Notes under the pieces: model-generated
The model's database searches: none
What the model saw: only the letters and a program-made list of their open reading frames with translations
What the model was told of the DNA's origin: nothing
Shown: piece after piece, positions 12,170 to 23,838 of the stretch
Numbering within the stretch: the first letter of the stretch is position 1
Layout: the number at the start of each line of letters is the position of its first letter
Translations under genes and position numbers: made by a program
Origin: Antedon mediterranea
Taxonomy: Eukaryota > Animalia > Echinodermata
Reading direction: 5' to 3'
Length of the DNA: 64,000 nucleotides
Assembly (NCBI RefSeq): GCF_964355755.1
Contig: NC_092674.1
Location: 22,940,001 to 23,004,000 of the forward strand

Positions 12170-12364
12170 TTATCAACCTGATTTGTATTTTCTCTTCTAA
12201 TTATTCTCTTCTAATTATTCTCTAATATGTTATCTTTTTTTCCATCTCAAACTACATTTTTTTGTTTGGTTTGCCAAGGATAACCATAAGCAAATTCATT
12301 CACTATCCTTCTTAAAGATGGCAATCCTGTTCAAAAGACAAACATTACACAAGATACTCTACAT

Positions 12365-12482
12365 AAGTCTTATTACAAGTCTTTGGGAGTGGAGTTGTAA
12401 TTTGAAAAATATCCTCACATATGACAGGAATTGAAGCCAGGACCCTTGGATTGATAACCAATCATCATAATTACCAAGCTAA
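12365..12482 (-). mobile_element. Degenerate tRNA-derived SINE fragment
   Basis: The minus strand has A/B-box-like tagcttggtaa...ggcttcaattcct followed by ccactcccaaagact; similar to the + strand copy at 45437-45550. Confidence 0.5.
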
Positions 12483-12590
12483 AACTCTATTTTGTTTGTC
12501 CTCTTGCCTTCATTGATTTAAATCAATGTTTGTAATGCTTTTTAATTTATGTAGTTGTACCATTTCTTTTCCTTAACGATTCCATTCACT

Positions 12591-12677
12591 TCATTGCTCA
12601 TGCTCAATAGCAACAACTTGTAAGACAGGAAGTAGGAGTTGAAAGGCATCCTGGATGTATGACATGCTGTTTGACCC
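12591..12677 (-). CDS. FAM114A2: FAM114A-family protein, coding exon 11 (last)
   Basis: ttgcag| GSNSMSYIQDAFQLLLPVLQVVAIEHEQ*; SYIQDAFQLLLPVL is the conserved FAM114A C-terminal motif. Probably co-orthologous to vertebrate FAM114A1 and A2. Confidence 0.92.
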   Translation of the reverse strand, partial: GSNSMSYIQDAFQLLLPVLQVVAIEHEQ

Positions 12678-12780
12678 CTGCAAAATTATTCCACAACATT
12701 TACTTCCTATACACATTTCTGTCTACATTTTATGTATTTGCACATTTTTCTAGCTATTTTACTTTTACGATCGTGTCGCA

Positions 12781-13160
12781 TATAGAGTTCTGCGGTGCTG
12801 ACGTCACGACGATAGGTGACGTTGCGTGGTTGGTAGCCAACCAAAAAATGCGTTCAACCTGCCTGAGTGACTCCAAGGTCATAAATGGTTGAAATAGGCT
12901 TAATGAAGTAGTCATTTAAAACTTAATAATTTTCAATAAAAACAAATTAAAATTTCAAAAGATCACTAAATATTTGTTTTTAATAATCTATTTATTCTTC
13001 AACTACTAAGTTAAGGAAAAAATCAAGCTAAGATACATAATTTGATAGAAATAGAGATCTATATAGTTTATCAACATAGTAGCGTTGAACGCATTTTTTA
13101 GTTGGCTAGCAACAACGCAGCGCCATCTATCGTTGTGACGTCACACTGCAGAACTATATA
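12781..13160. mobile_element. MITE with about 80-bp TIRs, TA/TATA ends
   Basis: tatagagttctgcggtgctgacgtcacgacgataggtg...aaaaaatgcgttcaac is mirrored by gttgaacgcatttttt...atctatcgttgtgacgtcacactgcagaactatata around an AT-rich core. Confidence 0.82.
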
Positions 13161-13211
13161 GCCTGTACATACATTTAATATCTAGGTTCTTTAAAGCATA
13201 TAGATAAATTA

Positions 13212-13349
13212 CAGTAGAACACTCCTTTGGGACACCCATATTACTGAGACATAATTTCTCCAAACAAACCCCTATTCAGAGGACACCCCTTATTAAGATG
13301 ACACTTTTTTGTGTTCCGAAAATGTCCCCTTAATATAAGGGTTCTGCTG
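13212..13349. mobile_element. Tc1/mariner (Tigger/pogo-like) MITE
   Basis: TA|cagtagaac ... gttctgctg|TA with internal ggacac/gtgtcc-type motifs. Related fragments near 26850, 51290-51346 and 52860-53020. Confidence 0.65.
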
Positions 13350-13367
13350 TATTGTAATTGATCTTAC

Positions 13368-13500
13368 CTCTAAATATGAATTTGTAATAAGAGGGTTGAC
13401 ATCTTCTTCTTTAACTTCCATGATATCTGCAGCAATAGTTAGCTGCTCACAGAAGTGTGACGTTAAGCTGCTTACCTCACAACACAGTACACTGGTCAAT
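13368..13500 (-). CDS. FAM114A2: FAM114A coding exon 10
   Basis: ccttag| ... GAG|gtaag; LTSVLCCEVSSLTSHFCEQLTIAADIMEVKEEDVNPLITNSYLE; phase 2 to 0. Confidence 0.9.
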
Positions 13501-13883
13501 CTAAGGTATAAAAAAAAAGAATGATTAATATTTTGGTGGCAACATGTTATGGTTTTGAGCCAGCTGCAGCCGATGTGTCCTCATTTTTAAATATTTATAA
13601 TTGAATTGTTTGTTTGTTTCATACTGTACATACTGAATCGAGCACATTAGGCAATGTTTATCAATAAAATGTGTTTGAAAATAAAACCAAAAGAGAAGAA
13701 CTCCAAACTAGAAACCAGCAGTCAAAGTGATGGTAAATATAGGCTTAGCTAGAAAAGCTCATTACAATTTCTTTGTGGAAAAACAAACGGTAACCACCTG
13801 TTAAAATCCTGGCTAATTTAATTAGTCTGAAAGTGAAATTTTCTATCGATATAATTAGGCATGCAGTATTTTGATAAACGTAC

Positions 13884-14029
13884 TTAGACAGGCTAGCTGC
13901 TCTCTGAATAGGATTCTTTGAGTGTTCTATAGCTTGTTGTAACAACATCAATTCAGCAGCTTTATGAAATTGTTCTATACACCTAGATGTTAATTCTGCT
14001 AATGTTTGTATCGTTTTCACATGTACCTC
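13884..14029 (-). CDS. FAM114A2: FAM114A coding exon 9
   Basis: tttacag| ... AA|gtacg; EVHVKTIQTLAELTSRCIEQFHKAAELMLL (family motif LAELT...IE.FHK). Confidence 0.9.
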
Positions 14030-14225
14030 CTGTAAAATACAACCATAATTAAAACTATGTTGAGGTAAACAAATCTTAAAAGTGTTACCAAGAATAGAAA
14101 AAGTACGAGGATGGATACATTTTTCAAAGAGTAGAGTGAAAGGAAAGAGAAGGTTTTTGCTATAGGATGAGATGGAGGACATGCAAGATATTTTGGAAAT
14201 CAGACAGACCGAAAATCACCTAAAA

Positions 14226-14403
14226 AGCTGGGTTCTCACTAGAACGTAACGCAAGGACGTAAACGCAACGCAAGCGTTTAACCAATGACAAGCGAAGTTA
14301 TAGACAGTTAGCAATCACAAGCGAATAAGCCATCGCTTGTGATTGGTCAATTCACTTGCGTTGCGTTAGGTCCTTGTGTTGCGTCGCTAGTGGGAACCAC
14401 GCT
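14226..14403. mobile_element. Palindromic MITE, family A copy 2
   Basis: agctgggttctcactagaacgtaacgcaagg ... ccttgtgttgcgtcgctagtgggaaccacgct|taa; homologous to 8419-8576. Confidence 0.85.
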
Positions 14404-14726
14404 TAATGGAGACTGGCCCAATATATCTATTCTATAAATAGTTTTAAGCAACAATTGTGATGTTTAGTATTTTTACTTGGCAAAATTCTATTTTGACAAG
14501 TACTTGCGTCATTTATCCTTTTGATGATATTATACCTTTTTTATATATCTTTCATATTGTATGTGTTTTTTCTGTATTTAATGTTTGCATGAATGTTTTA
14601 ATTGATTGTAACAAGAAGCCAAGTCTCACATTTTATATTTGACAGTATTATGTGACAAAGTTTATCTATATCTAAAAGCACTCGAGAACAAAAGACCTAA
14701 AGTGTGTCAGAGGATTAACAAAGACA

Positions 14727-14886
14727 AGCACTGTCTACACTATCAAACAAGTTTGACAAAAAAAAAGTGTGATGTGCCCAAATATGGTAATGATATGCTT
14801 AAATAGGGCAGTGATATGACATCATATTCATATATGGGCATATCACATGTTTTTGTCACATAAAGTTTGATAGTGCAGACAGAGCC
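14727..14886. mobile_element. Palindromic MITE, family B copy 1
   Basis: ctgtctacactatcaaac...gtttgatagtgcagacag fold-back. Homologues at 24011-24151 and 26272-26406. Confidence 0.85.
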
Positions 14887-15024
14887 TTACAAATGCCAAT
14901 TAATCTGTATTGTTTATGTACATTTTTGTTTTCAATTTCTTTATAACACATTAGAAAAATCTTGTTATTCTCCAGAGTGTGGTTCTTATTTTATCTTTCT
15001 TGACGTTAAATATTTAATACAAAC

Positions 15025-15336
15025 CTTTGGAACAAGGTATTCTTTTAGTTTTATTGTTTCTTCTGATTCTTCTGTTTCTTTGTCATCATCTTTACTTATA
15101 TCTTTATCCTTAACATCACCACCTTCTTCTAACACTGTTTTATCCTCATCTTTTTTGTCATCACTGCTGGTGTTATCCTCCTTACTATTATCTGCTAAAT
15201 CCTCTATTTTATCTTCCTTGTTTTCTTCCTCATTACTCTCAATTTCCTTCTTCTCCTTTTCTTTAAGTTTTGTTTCCTTCTTGGCTTCTAGTTCCTGTTT
15301 ACATCTTCCTAACCAGTCATGTGCTTCTCGCTGAAC
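15025..15336 (-). CDS. FAM114A2: FAM114A coding exon 8 (long E/D/K-rich segment)
   Basis: tttag| ... AAG|gtttg; 312 nt open, phase 0 to 0; VQREAHDWLGRCKQELEAKKETKLKEKEKKEIESNEEENKED...KEYLVPK. Confidence 0.85.
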
Positions 15337-16337
15337 CTAAATATCAAAGAATTAGAATATTTAGTCACTACACAACGTTAACAACGTGAAGTAATTTCCC
15401 GCATGATAGTAATCAAAATGGTACTGGGTTTGGTCTACTAGCATTCCTGCTCCCAACTTGCCATCCATTCATAGAAGCCTTAATGAAGTAAGCCTACCTG
15501 GTGGTGGCCATAGAATGGTTCCGAGATAACGACTATACTTCGGCTTTAGTCGATAGAAGATTGAAAAAATAGTTAGAGATAGAGTATAAGATGTTTAATT
15601 ATGTGTAGATGTGTGATTTGTTCTATTATTCAAATGATGTTATGAATAGTTTGGTGTAATGATTTTGTATATCAATTAATTATCCTAGACTGTATATTAT
15701 GCGATAATTATTATTTTATATATATTTTTTTATATTTATTGTTATAATTATAATATTAATAAAAAGATATTTGTTAGTATTTAACTTAAAAATATAAAAT
15801 ATAGATATAAAGAAGAAAAGCAAAGAGAGAATGGAGCAGCTATTCCTGAATATACAATAATAAGTATCGTAAGTTTAATTTATAAATTTTAGGTGATCTT
15901 GTCAAAGGTCAAGCGCCTAGCCTGCCACTAGCCTGCCACGTTTCGATATTATTATTTATTTGGAATTGTTGTTCAGTACATCTTAAAATCCAATTTTCAT
16001 TTTATTTTTGTCAAATATTTTAGTGGCTTTGATTTTTTATTTGTATATGGATATAAATAACATATTTTGTACAGTTGACAAATTTGTAATCACAACTTTC
16101 TGCCATTTTCTAATTTGTTTTATAGTATTTTAAATGTTTTTCTTATACTGTATAACTATTTTAAATATATTTTAATATCTCATCCTGCCATGGAAGATTT
16201 GTTACATTTTACTTTTTTGACAAATGAAGTATGTCTCTGTCTATATTGAATGCGGAGCAGGACCAGAGAGAAACCGAACGACTACTGTCTAAAAAAACCT
16301 CCATCAATGATACAAGTACCAATGATGTCATACTTAC

Positions 16338-16429
16338 TCTTTTGAGCTTATCAGGAGTGGCAGCTACGCTAAGAGTAAACAAGTGTTCTGTGATCGTATC
16401 TACAAACTTGTCTGTCTCATAATCTTCCT
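16338..16429 (-). CDS. FAM114A2: FAM114A coding exon 7
   Basis: tttag| ... AGA|gtaag; EDYETDKFVDTITEHLFTLSVAATPDKLKR (family motif L.V.A.PDKL). Confidence 0.9.
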
Positions 16430-16842
16430 CTAAATAAGGTAAATTGAAACAATAAGTAACGATTTTAATATATTTAGTCAAAGAAGCGTTTTTTATATGA
16501 CCGTACAGTGTGAAAGATAAAGAAGTCAAATACACATGTGGTATCAGTCTGTAGTATCTAGTCCTATCACAGCAACATTCATGCTATGTGGGATACTGTA
16601 ATATAATGAGAGATAATTTAGAGTGTTAGGTTAGTTAATATTCAGGAAATTTGATGGGCCTGTTGCTGTTTAACATTGACATGATACCGTACGTCTTTGT
16701 TCCATATCACCATTAATTATCCTTTCATAATCGCAATACAAGTCCCGCCTCCATATTTTTAATAACATACATTGTACAATGTACATTGCATTTCAATTGT
16801 GTATTTATGGAACAACATGCATGCCATTGTTAAACAATTTAC

Positions 16843-17001
16843 CTTCAACATCCATGTCCTGCAACTCAAAGGCATCTTTTATTTCAATCATTTGAGTTTT
16901 CAGATTGTCGAGTTGGTCCCCTGTAACGGTTGACATGACAGAATGCACTTTTCCTTCACTTTGATTGGACAGAATTTCCAATGCTTCGAGGTGGGCAAGA
17001 C
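16843..17001 (-). CDS. FAM114A2: FAM114A coding exon 6
   Basis: ttcaag| ... G|gtaaa; GLAHLEALEILSNQSEGKV (family motif GL.HLEALE.LS.ES). Confidence 0.92.
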
Positions 17002-17194
17002 CTTGAAAATAAAAAAGCAAGGTATCACTTATTGATAACTGCAGATGCAAATTGTTTTAGTTAGACTGGAACCTGAGGAACCAGATTAGGTACTCTACAG
17101 ACGCACGCAACCACAATGCAAGGCAATAATCAGCGCATGGGGTGACGACCACCTGATTTTTAATAGTGTTCCCAAGTTGTTTTTTTTATTGTGC

Positions 17195-17300
17195 ACATGT
17201 GTATTGTACCAATGGCTTTATGTTTCATCTAAAGGATGAGGTAATGATAGTAAAGTGTCTCAAGCAATATGAGATACAGATGTCAAACCTGTCTTTCACA
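17195..17300 (-). mobile_element. Degenerate SINE-like fragment
   Basis: ggctttatgtttcatctaaaggatgaggtaatgatagtaaagtgtctc resembles the reverse complement of a SINE body common in marine deuterostomes (recalled, not searched). Confidence 0.35.
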
Positions 17301-17610
17301 TGCTAGCCCGATGTATCTCGCTAAGGAGTTCATATTGGGATTTTCAGTGGAATAAGAAGTGTCGTAAGAGTGACAGTAAAACAGCGTGGCACTAGATTAA
17401 ATTAACAACACTGATTGATCATCATGATAGCAAAGTGGAGTGTTACGTGACCCTATCATATGAATTTGCTTATAACCATAATAGGAAGAAATCATATAAC
17501 CATATTATGATCTTTCTAAACTATTTTGTTTGCATAAATTCTAATGTAATCTCTTATGGAATAAACCAGTGTTCAATGTGTCAGTAGCAGTAGTAAATAT
17601 TGCCCAATAC

Positions 17611-17716
17611 CTTGATATTTATCAAATAGAATTCCAAAATGAGCCCTGTTTCTTTCCTCATCTTCCACCTCTTTCAATGCTGCTTGCCCCGCCACTTCAG
17701 CTGCCTCTTTCAAGGT
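17611..17716 (-). CDS. FAM114A2: FAM114A coding exon 5
   Basis: ttag| ... G|gtatt; TLKEAAEVAGQAALKEVEDEERNRAHFGILFDKYQ (family motif H.G.LFD..QG). Confidence 0.92.
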
Positions 17717-17831
17717 CTAAAGGAAAATAACAATTTATATAAGATTTAGTCAATCGACATCCTTGCAAAAAATTTAATGTTTTCTGAAAGAACGGCCTCG
17801 CTATCTGGTCTTTATTTACTGCAGAACTTAC

Positions 17832-17960
17832 CTGTGATAAAGTTGGCCCAGTGCTCTTGGTAAAATAGTATCTTTTCTTTCTTAATCCTGGATCTCCATC
17901 TTGTATGACATCCATTGTCTTCTTGCCAATCAACTCCAAAGCTCCTAGACCACCAGAAAC
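17832..17960 (-). CDS. FAM114A2: FAM114A coding exon 4
   Basis: tgtcag| ... CAG|gtaag; [29 protein letters not shown]...TLSQ, matching the FAM114A motif [23 protein letters not shown]. Confidence 0.93.
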
Positions 17961-18285
17961 CTGACAAACAAATGCAGCAGTACAGAATATTAGACAGTTT
18001 GGACAAAGAAGTAAAAAATGTTGACCTGGCCTAGATAGACCTATAGGCCCTACATCCTACATACATAGCCCTCAAACGAAGTGGTAAGCACCTTTGTTAT
18101 AGCAATATGGTTTGATCTTGCCCAAAATGTTTGTGAACAGACTAAATACAATTGGCGGACTATTTTATTACCTTCATTGGTCCATCTGAGTAGTTTTTGG
18201 AACACTGTCTCGGAACACCATAAATTAAAATTAGACAGAAGGTTGGATACATTATTTCAGCTTTTTAATAAAGATAGATTTTTAA

Positions 18286-18913
18286 AGACCCCTTCCCTGC
18301 AATTTTGGACGTTTTTTGGAAAATAATACATATATATCACTTTAAAAACATTAAACCATGTCATTTCATGTCTTAAATGTACGTTTTATGGTAAATTATG
18401 ATAAAAAGTGAGAAACAATGCACTACCTAAGTAGCTCGCGGCGATCGACCTCTCGTGGACGGTCTTAGGCCTAGCCTAGCTAGGCTTAGTTTTGTAGGCC
18501 TAGCTGGTAAACATCGGTAACGTACGAACATCGTACGCGAGCTATATACCTAGCCTGACGTTGTATAGTTGCTGCATTAATTGTCTTTCTATTTTTGCCA
18601 GACTCCATTGATACAAATTGGGGAAAACCCGGTATTTTCGCTGAAAAGTTAGGAGTCTTTCATTTGTTTTGGCCTCACGATCGATCGAAAAGTGGGCGAA
18701 TTACAGGTGAAAAACAAAAATATCAATCCGCGCGCAATGCATTTTGGGATTTATAGCGGGCCGCTATAATTATTAGAATCGACTTACTTTTCACATTTTT
18801 AACCATTTAAAGACGAAAAAAGTTATCGCAATAGGACCATATATAGTATTATTTTTACATTAAATATAGTTTGTGATCTTAAATTAGATCTAAAAAACGT
18901 AGGGAATGGGGCT
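18286..18913. mobile_element. Non-autonomous TTAA-targeting DNA transposon, Kolobok-like (628 bp)
   Basis: TTAA|agaccccttccctgc ... gtagggaatggggct|TTAA (12/15 TIR match). TTAA TSD with purine-starting termini fits Kolobok; CpG-rich interior. Confidence 0.7.
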
Positions 18914-19092
18914 TTAACTACTTCCCTTAAACAGAGGGGTCGCACCATTTTCACAGCTAAAATAATGACATTATTCACTACATTTTGATATCTATATTTG
19001 AAAGACTATTAATATTATCTTATATGTCAGTACTTCCCTGTTTAAACAAACATCTGAATCCAATCCTGTCGGAGGTAGTATAATTGACTTAC

Positions 19093-19214
19093 TGTCTTTC
19101 CAACAACACCAGAGAGTGCAGAAGCACCATATGAAAACAGACTATAACCAGAAGAACTTGTCTCCTCTGTGGCTTCCGTCGCAGCTTCAACTTCTATGGC
19201 ATTGGCTTCTTCTA
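19093..19214 (-). CDS. FAM114A2: FAM114A coding exon 3
   Basis: ttacag| ... ACA|gtaag; VEEANAIEVEAATEATEETSSSGYSLFSYGASALSGVVGKT; phase 1 to 0 links exons 2 and 4. Confidence 0.85.
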
Positions 19215-19381
19215 CTGTAATTCAAAAATATCCTCTATTATTGCAAAACATTATTATACATCCTGGTTTGGTTATTTTTCCCCTTTTCCATCCACCTCAC
19301 AAAAAATTTGGCAACAATTAAATTTAACATTAAATTAAAGATGTTGTCTTTGAATCTACCATCTGAGAGAATTCTGTTTAC

Positions 19382-19567
19382 CTTTTTCTTCATCTTTATC
19401 TATTCCTCCCTCATTCGTTTCTACTTCTTCCTGATCATTAGTTGAACTTTTGTTTTTATTGTGTTCTTTTGATTGAGTCTCTTCGGTCTCTTCCTGAGCA
19501 ATGTCTTCAGGTTGGGGAACACCCAGAGATGACTCTACCGATTGGATTGCAGATGATAGCCCATGGC
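19382..19567 (-). CDS. FAM114A2: FAM114A coding exon 2
   Basis: ttgcag| ... G|gtaaa; GHGLSSAIQSVESSLGVPQPEDIAQ... (family motif G.G....I...E..LG.P.P). Confidence 0.88.
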
Positions 19568-19957
19568 CTGCAATGTAAAAAAAGTATATTGCAGGTACAA
19601 GTAGAAACCTATTAAAGGAGACACCTACATATCTCCTGAATATGATTTGACAGGTACCGTTTATAATGCATTTCATTTGCTTTATGGTAGTTAATAAACT
19701 TGAAACTGTCAATCATAAATAAATAAATAATTCAATCAAATATTGAATTGAAAAATTGATTTTTTTTTAATTCCCGTATTTATTTCATCCTTTACATAAA
19801 TGTTGCAAAATATTGTAGAATACATAAACAATTGTTTTTACTATTGTAGGCCCACCAGTCTTTCTTCAGACACAATTATAGGTTCCATTATCTATGCCAG
19901 ATAGTAGAGAGACTGCTTGAGAGAATAATAATACTAACATTGATATATTAAACTTAC

Positions 19958-20585
19958 CAAGCCCTGACACAGTATTTGTCGCTGATGAAATGATTGACTT
20001 TCCCCATCCTCCCCATCCCCAACCCCCAGAACTTTTGGCACTCTTCTCTGATAATCTATCAAGTGGGTTTTGTAGGTTCGGCCTTTGTGCGTCACCTCCA
20101 GCAGGGTCAGAATCTGGAGGACTATTTTCAACCTGCCTACCGATCACTTGTTCTCCTGGTGGATCCGATACATCATCCACCTTACTCTCATTTTCTGATA
20201 TATTCTCCTCTGTACTCTGTTCTTCGGTGGTTAATGATAGTTGCGTTGAAGTGGGTTGTGTCTTACATTTAGTTCTGAAATCCTCATCCACATTTTCACT
20301 TGCACAATTGTTTTGCATATCATTATCAACTTTTGATTCATCTACTTTATTTTCATCTATTTCTATTGATTTGTCTGTTATATCATCTTCAAAATTCACA
20401 TTTAAATTTAGATTGGAAGTTTTTTCTGTTTCTTCACTTTTTAAATCCGTTATTTCTGCATTTTCATTTTCTTTTGTTGCAACATTTATTTGTTTTTGGT
20501 TACTTTTATCCGATTTTTTGATAACTTCCTCTTCTTCACCTTCATCGGCACTTTGGAATTCTACATCACTATCGCTTTCGGCCAT
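19958..20585 (-). CDS. FAM114A2: FAM114A coding exon 1 (acidic N-terminus, WG motif)
   Basis: MAESDSDVEFQSADEGEE...SGGWGWGGWGKSIISSATNTVSGL, G|gtaag donor. The 11 exons sum to 2100 nt (699 aa plus stop). An acceptor 14 nt upstream of the ATG suggests a 5' non-coding exon (candidate donor at 21067). Confidence 0.9.
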
Positions 20586-21067
20586 TGTTTATATAACAAC
20601 TAAATTAAAATAAAACACAAAGAAAAAAATATTTGTCAATTCATTTATTTTAAGTATCTTGTTAAAAACAAGGATACAATGATAAACATGATAATTAATA
20701 TTAATTAATAATATATGGTAAAACAATTATAAATATTGGGGGGTTGGGTGTGGTTGTGGTCTAGCTAGGCCTAGCCGAGCTTTTAGTCAGAATATACAGA
20801 CATGGGATTTGATCAACTAACAGCAAATACTAACCATAGTATTGCCCTACTTATTAGGCCTAGCCTAGGCTATGGGTCGTATTGTAGTAGGCCGGAGAGG
20901 AGGACGATTCGACAGGTAACAGACCTGAAATCTGGCCATCATGCATGGCCATGCATGGCTGTGTGCAAAACCCGACGACGACAAAACAGATGCCTACCAA
21001 ATATGGGTTTTATTTCTACATATTTAAAGGAAACGTCGTTTAATTTATTACAGACAGTAGCACTAAC

Positions 21068-22446
21068 CTTTTACTATTACTAAACGAAAGTATATTATAA
21101 GTATCGAACAACCAGACAGGAACACGTAAGAAATGTACACGTGTATTTTTTGCCAAAAGGACACAAACTTCGCACGGCATAAACATTGACAATTATGATT
21201 GACGTGAACCACTAAACATTGATTGGTCAATTCAAAGTGGGCGGGAAACATCAGTTTTTCCCATCCATGCGCTTGTTGCTTATCAAGTCCAGTCAAATTA
21301 CGTGACAATAGATTTATTAAAATATAATTAGAAGATAACTTCAAATATCAATTTTATGAGTGACCAACTCTTTGGTCACTCAACTCTTTGGTCACGATAT
21401 GAACAAAGAGACGGTCAGGGCTCTGTTGAGTGAGACCAGAGTTATATTATCATAAAAAGAAATGAGAGAGATGAATCGGATAAACTAAACACACGTTGTA
21501 GTTTTTTTTCATAATGACTTTTTTAAAGACAAAATAATCTGACTCAATCCCTTTAATGGTTTTATCAAGAAAATAATTTGATGTGCCATAATTTTCAAAG
21601 TGAAAAAAAACAAAATGACTCAATCAAATCCTTATTTTATAGGCTTTTCAAATTCCTAATTCATTAGTGGGTTTATCTCCTGTCAGATCACCCTTTCGTG
21701 CTTACAGTTTGTTAATTTTACTAATTTGTTCTTGAGAATGGTTCCATGATGGTCAATCTTTTTTGTCATTAAATTTGTGTAAAGACTTAAAATGGCCTAA
21801 ATTAAAAAAAAAATTCATGTGCACATACTGCATGCTCCCATAAACTGAAATATAAAACAAAATACAGTAATTCTACAAATTCCATTTAATAACATTATAT
21901 AATATAGTATTAGAGTATTACTTGCTTGATGAAAATGCAACTGTCCAATAAAAATTTTAATATTAGAAAACGACAATAACATTATTGTACAGCTTTTGGG
22001 GACCAGTAATTGATATAGGCCTACAGACGACGGACTAAGAGGCCTACGTACTATATTGATGTCCTCGCGAGTGGTACTCGAGATCTGAACAACTAACAAA
22101 GAGCCGTAAACTACGGGAACCAGTCAAGACAACGCGTTTATGTAAAACGCAATTCTATTGGCTAATTACAGTAACTAAAAAAATAATATATCCGTACTTT
22201 AAACCAAATACAGAAGTTAAGTTTCTTGAATTTAAACAGGTTATAAAATATAAAATATCATAATAGTTTTATTTTAATTAATATTATTTTTATGTTAGAA
22301 ATATTATTTATTTGCCCTTGATATATAACATTTCAACTGTCCAATCAAAATGTACGATAGAAAACATGCTCGCAATGATCAAAAACTGCCTTGGCGCGAG
22401 TGGTTCATGTTTCCTTAGATCTTTTGTAAAATAATATAATTATAAG
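21068..22446. promoter_or_regulatory. Divergent promoter region between FAM114A and SUMO
   Basis: Head-to-head genes, locally raised CpG, CCAAT boxes (21221-21226 on -, 22341 on +), E2F-like sites (21241-21248, 22391-22398) and CHR TTTGAA (21231-21236 on -). Confidence 0.6.
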
Positions 22447-22464
22447 ATGTCAGAAGAGAAAAAG
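22447..22464 (+). CDS. SUMO: SUMO coding exon 1
   Basis: ATG TCA GAA GAG AAA AAG|gtatt = MSEEKK; a short first coding exon, as in SUMO2/3-type genes. Confidence 0.8.
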
Positions 22465-23513
22465 GTATTGTATATAGAACTGTATTTCATCAGTATATAT
22501 TAGCGTACATGATCGTGTGCGTATACCACAATTTTAGGAAGGGCAAGCACTAATATTTGATCTGTATTTTGATACGTACTGGCCTGTGTCGTCGGCGGTG
22601 TGAGTTGGCTAGCCTAGGCTGGCATTCACGGCGTGTGGAGCGAGTCTTTTTTTTTAGTGTGCTCGCCATCGACCGAGCGGCATTTAATGACACTACAGTT
22701 TTATTGTCACTCAAAAGGCTAGACTTAGTATTCAGCTAAGCTAGGCCTAATAAGTATAGGCCTAAGGCGATAATAAGTAATAACGCTAGCTAGGCTAGGC
22801 CCTAACTAGCTAGTAGGGAGTAGTAGATAATGAACACTTGTAAACGGCCTGCCCTGGCTGGGCCCTAGCTAGCCCCCTCTGGCCTAGGCTAGCTACCTAC
22901 TACAGTAGGCATAGTAGTAAAGGTAGGGTAGGCTAGTATAAAGTAGGCCTATATAAAAACAAAAGGGCCTAGCTAGGTAGGGGCTCTAGTAGTAGGCTAG
23001 CTCCATTTCGCACCCCACCTACCTGTCGTGTAATGTATTTCAACTCCAAATGGACCTACCTTTATTAGCTAGTTAGTAGGCTTAGTTTAGTAGTAGAGAT
23101 ATGGATGAGTGATAAGTTGGTCGACAAGTTGATTAATAATACCGCATGACCATCATGAATGAAGTTGCATTGTTGTCTCTCAGGACTAATAGTAATAAAA
23201 GTAATTCAAATTCATTAACTACAAGTCAAATTTTCATAATTTTCTTTATTTAATACTTATAAAAATATAATATTTAAGAATATATACTAAAAAATGATAT
23301 TATTATTAACTTTTTCAATATTCTCTAATGTAGCCTAGGCCTATAATTACTATATAGAACTTCTAAATTAGAAGAAACGATAGTTGGCATTTAGCATCTC
23401 ATAGAAATAAGTTTTTCTTGTGCTGGCTCACCTTCACCTAATTCCTAGGTATTCAGTGGTGTTTACTTAGTGAGTGAAAATTGAAACCCAGAATTTTTTT
23501 TTTTTACATACAG

Positions 23514-23564
23514 GAGGTGAAACCAGAATCATCAGAGCATATCAGCATCAAGGTCCAAGGCCAG
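23514..23564 (+). CDS. SUMO: SUMO coding exon 2
   Basis: Polypyrimidine tract then cag| EVKPESSEHISIKVQGQ |gtttg. Confidence 0.92.
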
Positions 23565-23838
23565 GTTTGTAATAAAACATTTTTTAGCTAAATATGTAAG
23601 GATACAACCTCTCTTCCAAACAATGAATCATTGTCACATTGTTGTTAAATACAGAAACATGTAGACAGTAGAATGTGTATCTTGAAAGGGTTTCTGCTCA
23701 ACCGCCTGTCCGCTCTGCGTTTTGTGTTACCGTTACTGCTTTATCCATAAATTGGTCTTTACTGGTCACTGTTTTATGTTTTTTGTTGTTTTTTTTTTAA
23801 ATTGCAAGAAATACATCTATTGTAATATTTTCTTACAG

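Noticed and set aside
14867-15334. 155-aa Ser/Leu-rich + strand ORF (also 19990-20613, 5157-5396, 33620-33892, 37217-37447)
   Set aside because: Antisense shadows of real exons with biased composition.
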